The notes beneath the pieces were generated by a model, which saw nothing but the letters and a program-made list of their open reading frames with translations, made no database searches and was not told where the DNA came from. The position numbers and the translations under genes were made by a program. Below, piece by piece: positions 1 to 5,646 of a DNA stretch of 15,174 nt (positions within the stretch are counted from its first letter, which is position 1; the number at the start of each line of letters is the position of its first letter). The stretch comes from a virus: UHGV virus genome UHGV-1738898. One strand, 5' to 3'.

Positions 1-111
1 CTGAGGCAGCACCTGGCACGGCTGGGACGGAAGTCGCTGTCGTTCTCAAAATCGGTGGAGCTGCATGACAAAGTCATCGGGCATTATCTGAACATAAAAC
101 ACTATCAATAA
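1..111 (+). other. 3' end of an ORF entering from upstream of the window (frame 1, stop TAA 109-111); possibly the displaced 5' part of the gpE-like capsid gene
   Basis: Frame 1 is open from position 1 to the TAA at 109-111 ([36 protein letters not shown]). It aligns weakly, in register, with lambda gpE residues about 29-50 (R..S..F...G). The downstream E-like ORF is in frame 3. Confidence 0.3.
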
Positions 112-170
112 GTTGGAGTCATTACCCACGAGATGAGGGATACGAATCAAAAACAATTCGTCCAGGTTAT

Positions 171-965
171 ATGAAGCCGAAAAGCAGCATTGATCCAAAT
201 AAGTTAGCTGTGCGCCCTGCTGGTGTGTCACCTGAGCAATACAATGCTTTTGGGGCGCGTAATATTAAAGTTAAACAGGCGATTGTAAATCAGGCTAAAG
301 CTATTCGTGCACGTATTGAATGGCTTGCTGTTCAGGCAATCACAACGGGGAAAAATATCATTGAGGGCGATGGTATTGAACGTTATGAGCTGGACTGGAA
401 TATAAAACCACAAAATATCATCACTCAGTCTGGCGGTACTGAGTGGTCAGGTAAGGATAAAGAAACTTTTGATCCAAATGATGATATTGAGAGCTACGCA
501 GAATTTAGTGAGGGCGTCACTAATATCATCATTATGGGTGGTAATGTATGGAAGAAATACCGTTCATTCAGAGCGATAAAAGAGGCTTTGGATACCCGTC
601 GTGGTTCTAATTCCGAACTGGAAACGGCCCTTAAAGACCTTGGTGATTCGGTGAGTTTTAAAGGGTATATGGGCGATGTTGCGATTGTTGTTTACAGCGG
701 GCGTTATACCGACGAGGACGGAACAGAAAAACATTTCCTTGATCCTGATTTGATGGTGCTTGGCAATACGGCTCTTCAGGGGATTGTCGCCTATGGCGGT
801 ATTCAGGATCCGGAGCTAATCCGAATGGGGCTGACTAAAGCCGAACTTGCACCGAAAAACTATATTGTGCCTGGTGATCCGGCTATTGAATATGTGCAGA
901 CACATTCAGCACCACAGCCAATACCGGCCCGCATCAATCGTTTTGTTACCGTTCGCATTGGCTAA
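171..965 (+). CDS. Major capsid protein homolog (lambda gpE family), divergent; 5'-incomplete or frameshifted copy covering the equivalent of gpE residues ~78-341
   Basis: The 264-aa ORF aligns along its whole length with the lambda E protein encoded at 6034-7059 in this window (shared blocks ITQSGGTEWS..KDK.T.DP.DDIE.YA, LDTRRGS.SELETA.KDLG, GDVAIVVYSG, MVLGNT, IQD). Similarity continues upstream of the ATG in the same frame (PGYMKPK vs lambda PGYVKPK) until an in-frame TGA at 66-68. No convincing Shine-Dalgarno precedes ATG 171. Confidence 0.65.
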   Translation: MKPKSSIDPNKLAVRPAGVSPEQYNAFGARNIKVKQAIVNQAKAIRARIEWLAVQAITTGKNIIEGDGIERYELDWNIKPQNIITQSGGTEWSGKDKETFDPNDDIESYAEFSEGVTNIIIMGGNVWKKYRSFRAIKEALDTRRGSNSELETALKDLGDSVSFKGYMGDVAIVVYSGRYTDEDGTEKHFLDPDLMVLGNTALQGIVAYGGIQDPELIRMGLTKAELAPKNYIVPGDPAIEYVQTHSAPQPIPARINRFVTVRIG

Positions 966-974
966 GGGGGAGCA

Positions 975-1316
975 ATGGCTACTCATTACACTGAACTCAT
1001 GGCTGGCACTGAAGCACTGGTGACTACGCTGGGGATATTTTCAGCTAATAAAGGGGTAATTCCTGCATTTACGCCACTGATGCAGGAAGATGCAACAGGT
1101 GCACTGGTGGTATGGGATGGTTCGAGCGTAGGTAAAGCGGTTTATGTTTCCGCTGTACAAATCGACACCGCGAAAAAAATACAGGCTCAGGTCTATAAGA
1201 CAGGTGTCTTAAATGTTGATGCTCTGAACTGGCCTGAGTCTGTTAAAGAACTGTCAGTAAAGGTTGCAGCGTTTGTTGGCTCAGGTATTTCTGTTCAGCC
1301 GCTGGCTCGTGTGTAA
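975..1316 (+). CDS. Head decoration protein homolog (lambda gpD family), divergent
   Basis: The 113-aa ORF has a strong RBS (GGGGGAG, 966-972). It aligns with lambda D encoded at 5647-5979 (THY near the N-terminus; PAFTPLMQEDATGALVVWDG vs [20 protein letters not shown]; VYKTG...WPE vs FYKSG...WPE; AF.G..IS near the C-terminus). Confidence 0.7.
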   Translation: MATHYTELMAGTEALVTTLGIFSANKGVIPAFTPLMQEDATGALVVWDGSSVGKAVYVSAVQIDTAKKIQAQVYKTGVLNVDALNWPESVKELSVKVAAFVGSGISVQPLARV

Positions 1317-1327
1317 AGGGGGATACA

Positions 1328-1711
1328 ATGCAGAATGATTACAATGACCTTAAGCCAATTGCCGAAATGATGTACCCGAATCCAGCTGTAGAGGAATTAA
1401 AAGCTATCGCTGACAAAATGTGTTTAAGCGAGCGCCTTGTTGATATGAATCAGGTGATGGAAATTACAACCCTGAGTCGTCGTACACTGCTAAACCTTGA
1501 GGCTAGTGGAGAGTTCCCGGAGCGTGTGCAGGTTACGGAAGGGCGTAAGGCCTGGTATTTAAGTGAAGTGATCGACTGGATAAATAATATTCCTCGCGCT
1601 TCTGAATATTGCCGCGTACCTGTCCCAAAAAAGCCAGATGCGGCGCTATGCCTCAAGATTGAGCGTGTACGCCGCAATGCACGGGATGGTCGCTATAAGC
1701 TGATTGGTTGA
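1328..1711 (+). CDS. AlpA/excisionase-family winged-HTH DNA-binding protein with N- and C-terminal extensions
   Basis: The 127-aa ORF has a strong RBS (AGGGGGA). Its central segment LVDMNQVMEITTLSRRTLLNLEASGEFPERVQVTEGRKAWYLSEVIDWI matches the AlpA family pattern (LSRxTIYxLxxxGxFPxPVxLGxRxVxWxxSEIxxWI). Confidence 0.7.
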   Translation: MQNDYNDLKPIAEMMYPNPAVEELKAIADKMCLSERLVDMNQVMEITTLSRRTLLNLEASGEFPERVQVTEGRKAWYLSEVIDWINNIPRASEYCRVPVPKKPDAALCLKIERVRRNARDGRYKLIG

Positions 1712-1736
1712 TGAAATTAGGGCCCGCTCTGGCTGG

Positions 1737-1801
1737 CGGGTCCTTTCCGGTGATCCGGTAGGCTACGGGGCGGCGACCTCGCGGGTTTTCGCTATTTATG
1801 A
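1737..1801. other. cos: Lambda-type cohesive-end site (cosQ/cosN region); the 12-nt cohesive-end sequence GGGCGGCGACCT lies at 1768-1779
   Basis: CGGGTCCTTTCCGGTGATCCG...TACGGGGCGGCGACCTCGCGGGTTTTCGCTATTTATGA matches my recollection of the lambda right-end/left-end junction (ACGGGTCCTTTCCGGTGATCCGACAGGTTACG | GGGCGGCGACCTCGCGGGTTTTCGCTATTTATGAAAATTTTCC). There are a few mismatches just left of cosN and complete divergence after ...TATTTATGA. It sits in the 200-bp gap between the AlpA-like gene and the Nu1-like gene, 134 bp upstream of the latter. Confidence 0.8.
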
Positions 1802-1912
1802 GCCTTTTTCGGGTGCTGGTGGTGGTTTTGTTGTTCGCTCTATCTCTATGAATAAAAAGGAAAAGATAAAGCCAATACACCAACCTGAAACATTACTTAA
1901 GTGGGGATATTG
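1802..1912. promoter_or_regulatory. Putative divergent cosB (small-terminase binding region) between cosN and the Nu1-like gene
   Basis: This is the position equivalent to lambda cosB (R3-I1-R2-R1), but the sequence is unrelated to the lambda R sites (CGTTTCC-type). It contains short repeats (GGTGGTGG, TTGTTGTT, CTCTATCTCTAT) and an A-rich tract. The call rests on position only. Confidence 0.3.
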
Positions 1913-2455
1913 ATGAAATCGCACCTGATGAACAAAAAAAACATGGCGCAAAGCTGCCGTGTAAGTGCGACAGCGTTCGACAAGTGGGGAGTGACTCCCG
2001 TTGAACGTAAAGGCCGCGAGGCGTTTTATGATGTTGCCAGCGTAATAGACAATCGGGTTAGCAATGCAATTAACCAGATTACAGACGACAAAGGCGAGAT
2101 TGATGATGATGAACTCCTACGAGTCAGGATCAGATTGCTGACAGCACAGGCAGAGGCGCAGGAGCTTAAAAACGAGCGCGAACGCGGCGACGTTATTGAT
2201 ACAGCGTTTTGTATATACGTGCTTTCAAAATTGGCGAGTCAGATTTCTTCAATCATGGACAGCCTGCCGCTTGCCATGACAAGGAAGTTTCCCGACATGA
2301 AGCCGTCTATGCTGGATGGACTGAAAAAAGAAGTTATCAGAGCCTGTAACGCATGCGCAAAACTTGACGAAAACATACCGCTGATGCTGTCCGATTATCT
2401 GATGGAAACTGCCGGAAACGTACCGGATAAGTTGCAGCCGAATAAAGATAAGTAA
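1913..2455 (+). CDS. Terminase small subunit, lambda Nu1 family; N-terminal DNA-binding domain divergent, C-terminal half conserved
   Basis: ATG 1913 is preceded by GGGGA (1903-1907); the ORF track shows an upstream GTG at 1901. The C-terminal region RLLTAQAEAQELKNERERGDVIDTAFCIYVLSKLASQISSIMDSLPLAMTRKFPD closely matches lambda Nu1 (RLTRAQADAQELKNARDSAEVVETAFCTFVLSRIAGEIASILDGLPLSVQRRFPE, from memory). The N-terminus is only loosely similar (NKK, YD.A.VI). Confidence 0.8.
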   Translation: MKSHLMNKKNMAQSCRVSATAFDKWGVTPVERKGREAFYDVASVIDNRVSNAINQITDDKGEIDDDELLRVRIRLLTAQAEAQELKNERERGDVIDTAFCIYVLSKLASQISSIMDSLPLAMTRKFPDMKPSMLDGLKKEVIRACNACAKLDENIPLMLSDYLMETAGNVPDKLQPNKDK

Positions 2456-2466
2456 CGTAGTACGCT

Positions 2467-2748
2467 ATGACTGAATCCGAAATACTGCGATTAATCCGCC
2501 GTGCTTGTGGAATCAGCAAGCAGCATGACGAACAGGCCACGCAGCCGGACAGCGTGACCGCAGATAATTATGTGCGTGTAGTGGCTGAGGTGATGCGCCG
2601 TGACGGTATTGAGCTTAACGGCGTGGATATGCGCAACATACGAACAAGAGTCCTTGAGTTGCTGGCATATCGTCGCCGTTCTCAACAACGGAGGGAGAGC
2701 GCGAAAAATACTTACCAGTGGAAGAAGCCGGAACGATTGCGGCGGTAA
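2467..2748 (+). CDS. Hypothetical 93-aa protein with an arginine/lysine-rich C-terminus; sits where the large-terminase gene A would start in lambda
   Basis: Intact ORF 12 bp after the Nu1-like stop, with a weak RBS. It has no recognisable similarity to the lambda gpA N-terminus or any family I can name. C-terminal tail RRRSQQRRESAKNTYQWKKPERLRR. Confidence 0.4.
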   Translation: MTESEILRLIRRACGISKQHDEQATQPDSVTADNYVRVVAEVMRRDGIELNGVDMRNIRTRVLELLAYRRRSQQRRESAKNTYQWKKPERLRR

Positions 2749-2763
2749 CTTGCTGATATTCCC

Positions 2764-2788
2764 GATAACGCAAAATTGCGCTGGCTGA
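2764..2788. repeat. 25-bp direct repeat, copy 1 (GATAACGCAAAATTGCGCTGGCTGA), containing an inverted repeat CGCAA-aa-TTGCG
   Basis: Matches 2950-2974 at 22 of 25 positions. A second small dyad TTGCA-t-TGCAA lies at 2793-2803. Confidence 0.6.
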
Positions 2789-2949
2789 CTTGTTGCATTG
2801 CAAAAAGTTAAGCAGGAAGGCACGGCCTGTAAGATGGGATGCAGTAAGTAGTTCAAGGCTACCTTGTGCTGGCACGCACAGTTAAGCCGTCGGTGCTGGA
2901 TATCCCCCACTGGGGGAAAAGCTGGCTACATCCCTCACATCTGAGGACT

Positions 2950-2974
2950 GATAACGCGACATTGCGCTGGCTGG
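2950..2974. repeat. 25-bp direct repeat, copy 2 (GATAACGCGACATTGCGCTGGCTGG)
   Basis: Matches 2764-2788 at 22 of 25 positions. It is followed at 2979-2992 by the inverted repeat GTGCAA-aa-TTGCAC. Confidence 0.6.
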
Positions 2975-2999
2975 CAAAGTGCAAAATTGCACGATGGCC

Positions 3000-3161
3000 T
3001 AACCCATTGATTATTTCGAAAACCTGCAATGCAGGAAATCGGGGAAGTAAGCCTAAGCTATTGATTGTTTCGAAAACCCCCATTGGGGGATGTCGGGAAA
3101 GTAAGACTAACCCATTGATTCTTCCACAATCCTCAATTTGAGGAGGCCGGAACGTCTACAT
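3000..3161. repeat. Three tandem ~54-bp units, each carrying a perfect 13-bp 6-1-6 dyad at the same phase (3023-3035 CCTGCAATGCAGG; 3077-3089 CCCCCATTGGGGG; 3131-3143 CCTCAATTTGAGG)
   Basis: Units 1 and 2 (3000-3053, 3054-3107) are about 78% identical by my count. Unit 3 starts with the same 13 nt (TAACCCATTGATT) and then degenerates, but keeps a perfect dyad exactly 54 bp after the previous one. Arm substitutions between dyads are mirrored so symmetry is preserved. A related dyad CCCCCACTGGGGG lies at 2904-2916. Confidence 0.7.
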
Positions 3162-3428
3162 AGCTGCATCGCCGTAATGATGATTCAGCCCACCAGCCAA
3201 ATCAGCACAGCAACGACAGAATAGCCCGACACAGAAAAACCACGAATATGGGGTTTTTGTTATGACATGGTCATGATGACCACTCATACAAAACAGGTAA
3301 AGCCCACCAGCCTGATTAAAGGTTAACCGGAAAAAAGCCAGGTATCCAATCTCGATATGGGGATCCCTATATCGACATTAACGCCCACTAAAACTGTGCA
3401 TATATGCATAGAAAAAGCATCCACCAGC

Positions 3429-3520
3429 TTTATGACGGATGCCGCTCATCTTATAAATAATCGTGTATTGCAGTGTGTATTGCGACTCCTTTAAACGATA
3501 GGTCTGAGCATTCGTAATGT
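3429..3520 (+). promoter_or_regulatory. AT-rich region with sigma70-like promoter candidates upstream of the truncated B fragment
   Basis: Candidate 1: TTTATG (3429-3434), 17-bp spacer, TATAAA (3452-3457). Candidate 2: TTAAAC (3491-3496), 18-bp spacer, TAATGT (3515-3520). Hexamer matching by eye only. Confidence 0.2.
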
Positions 3521-3563
3521 ACTGTTTTTAAATTTTATTTTTTCCTGTCTTTTCATAAAGGCG

Positions 3564-4337
3564 ATGTATGCCGCCACCATTGAAAGTGAGCTGGATACGC
3601 AGTCAGCGATGGATTTTATTCTGGGCGCGAACAGTCAGGAGCAGCGGGAAAGGCTGACGGGCTGGATTGGTGAAATTGCCGCGTATTACGCTGCAGCACC
3701 GGTCCGTCTGGGAGGCGCAAAAGTGCCGCACCTGATGCCGGGGGACTCACTGAACCTGCAGACGGCTCAGGACACGGATAACGGCTACTCCGTGTTTGAG
3801 CAGTCACTGTTGCGGTATATCGCTGCCGGGCTGGGTGTCTCGTATGAGCAGCTTTCCCGGAATTACGCCCAGATGAGCTACTCCACGGCACGGGCCAGTG
3901 CGAACGAGTCGTGGGCGTACTTTATGGGGCGGCGAAAATTCGTCGCATCCCGTCAGGCGAGCCAGATGTTTCTGTGCTGGCTGGAAGAGGCCATCGTTCG
4001 CCGCGTGGTGACGTTACCTTCAAAAGCGCGCTTCAGCTTTCAGGAAGCCCGCAGTGCCTGGGGGAACTGCGACTGGATAGGCTCCGGTCGTATGGCCATC
4101 GATGGTCTGAAAGAAGTTCAGGAAGCGGTGATGCTGATAGAAGCCGGACTGAGCACCTACGAGAAAGAGTGCGCGAAACGCGGTGACGACTATCAGGAAA
4201 TTTTTGCCCAGCAGGTCCGTGAAACGATGGAGCGCCGTGCAACCGGTCTTAAACCGCCCGCCTGGGCGGCTGCGGCATTTGAATCCGGACTGCGACAATC
4301 AACAGAGGAGGAGAAGAGTGACAGCAGAGCTGCGTAA
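3564..4337 (+). pseudogene. B: Portal protein gpB, 3' fragment only (C-terminal 257 codons, equivalent to lambda B residues ~277-533)
   Basis: The ORF (MYAATIESELDTQSAMDFILGANSQEQRERLTGWIGEIAAYYAAAP...AAAFESGLRQSTEEEKSDSRAA) matches the C-terminal half of lambda B as I recall it. An in-frame stop lies at 3492-3494. DNA upstream of ~3555 is AT-rich, non-coding and unlike lambda. The first approximately 276 codons of B are absent from the window. Confidence 0.85.
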
Positions 4338-5637
4338 TCTCCCGCATATTGCCAGCATGGCTTTTAATGAGCCGCTGATGCTTGAACCCGCCTATGCGCG
4401 GGTTTTCTTTTGTGCGCTTGCAGGCCAGCTTGGGATCAGCCGCCTGACGGATGCAGTATCCGGCGACAGCCTGACTGCCGGAGAGGCACCCGCGGCGCTG
4501 GCGTTATCCGGTGATGATGACGGACCACGACAGGCCCGCAGTTATCAGGTCATGAACGGCATCGCCGTGCTGCCGGTGTCCGGTACGCTGGTCAGCCGGA
4601 CGCGGGCGCTGCAGCCGTATTCGGGAATGACCGGTTACAACGGCATTATCGCCCGTCTGCAACAGGCTGCCAGCGATCCGATGGTGGACGGCATTCTGCT
4701 GGATATGGACACACCGGGCGGGATGGTGGCGGGAGCATTTGACTGTGCTGACATCATCGCCCGTGTGCGAGACATAAAACCGGTATGGGCGCTGGCCAAC
4801 GACATGAACTGCAGTGCAGGTCAGCTGCTTGCCAGCGCCGCCTCCCGGCGTCTGGTCACGCAGACCGCCCGGACAGGCTCCATCGGCGTCATGATGGCTC
4901 ACAGTAATTACGGTGCTGCGCTGGAGAAACAGGGCGTGGAAATCACGCTGATTTACAGCGGCAGCCATAAGGTGGATGGCAACCCCTACAGCCATCTACC
5001 GGATGATGTCCGGGAAACACTGCAGTCCCGGATGGATGCAACCCGCCGGATGTTTGCACAGAAGGTGTCGGCATATACCGGCCTGTCCGTGCAGGCTGTG
5101 CTGGATACCGAGGCTGCAGTGTACAGCGGTCAGGAGGCCATTGATGCCGGACTGGCTGATGAACTTGTGAACAGTACCGATGCGATCACCGTCATGCGTG
5201 ATGCACTGGATGCACGTAAATCCCGTCTCTCAGGAGGGCGAATGACCAAAGAGACTCAATCAACAACTGTTTCAGCCACTGCTTCGCAGGCTGACGTTAC
5301 TGGCGTGGTGCAAGCGACGGAGGGCGAGAACGCCAGCGCTGCGCAGCCGGACGTGAACGCGCAGATCACCGCAGCGGTTGCGGCAGAAAACAGTCGCATT
5401 ATGGGGATCCTCAACTGTGAGGAGGCTCACGGACGCGAAGAACAGGCATGCGTGCTGGCCGAAACCCCCGGTATGACCGTGGAAACGGCCCGCCGTATTC
5501 TGGCCGCAGCACCACAGAGTGCACAGGCGCGCAGTGACACTGCGCTGGATCGTCTGATGCAGGGGGCACCGGCACCGCTGGCTGCAGGTAACCCGGCATC
5601 TGATGCCGTTAACGATTTGCTGAACACACCAGTGTAA
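4318..5637 (+). CDS. C: Head protease / minor capsid protein gpC (S49 ClpP-like peptidase family), GTG start
   Basis: The translation from GTG 4318 (VTAELRNLPHIASMAFNEPLMLEPAYARVFF...) matches lambda C over its 439 aa. The start overlaps the B stop by 20 bp, as in lambda. The ORF-track start at 4183 is an in-frame upstream extension inside B. Confidence 0.9.
   Translation: MTAELRNLPHIASMAFNEPLMLEPAYARVFFCALAGQLGISRLTDAVSGDSLTAGEAPAALALSGDDDGPRQARSYQVMNGIAVLPVSGTLVSRTRALQPYSGMTGYNGIIARLQQAASDPMVDGILLDMDTPGGMVAGAFDCADIIARVRDIKPVWALANDMNCSAGQLLASAASRRLVTQTARTGSIGVMMAHSNYGAALEKQGVEITLIYSGSHKVDGNPYSHLPDDVRETLQSRMDATRRMFAQKVSAYTGLSVQAVLDTEAAVYSGQEAIDAGLADELVNSTDAITVMRDALDARKSRLSGGRMTKETQSTTVSATASQADVTGVVQATEGENASAAQPDVNAQITAAVAAENSRIMGILNCEEAHGREEQACVLAETPGMTVETARRILAAAPQSAQARSDTALDRLMQGAPAPLAAGNPASDAVNDLLNTPV
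5032..5637 (+). CDS. nu3: Scaffolding protein Nu3, in-frame internal start within C
   Basis: In-frame ATG at 5032 (MDATRRMFAQKV...) at the position corresponding to lambda Nu3, sharing the stop of C. Called from established lambda gene structure. Confidence 0.7.
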   Translation: MDATRRMFAQKVSAYTGLSVQAVLDTEAAVYSGQEAIDAGLADELVNSTDAITVMRDALDARKSRLSGGRMTKETQSTTVSATASQADVTGVVQATEGENASAAQPDVNAQITAAVAAENSRIMGILNCEEAHGREEQACVLAETPGMTVETARRILAAAPQSAQARSDTALDRLMQGAPAPLAAGNPASDAVNDLLNTPV

Positions 5638-5646
5638 GGGATGTTT

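Noticed and set aside
1704-1913. 69-aa plus-strand ORF spanning the cos site
   Set aside because: It overlaps the conserved cosQ/cosN DNA and the end of the AlpA-like gene, and has no RBS. The sequence there is conserved at the DNA level as a packaging site.
2866-3141. 91-aa plus-strand ORF across the tandem-repeat region (and overlapping minus-strand ORFs 2491-2910, 2859-3083)
   Set aside because: The reading frame is generated by the 54-bp repeats (repeated NPLIISKT / KLLIVSKTP peptides), has no RBS and no family resemblance. The region is more plausibly non-coding.
3000-3161. CRISPR array
   Set aside because: Only about 2.3 contiguous units with no interspersed unique spacers. The units are diverged, not identical repeats.
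3480-3570. Insertion sequence or transposon end at the B breakpoint
   Set aside because: No transposase ORF, terminal inverted repeats or target-site duplication is visible near the junction.
4183-4317. ORF-track start of C at 4183 (484 aa)
   Set aside because: This is an upstream in-frame extension inside the 3' end of B. The lambda C protein starts at the GTG at 4318 (VTAELRNLPHIA...).
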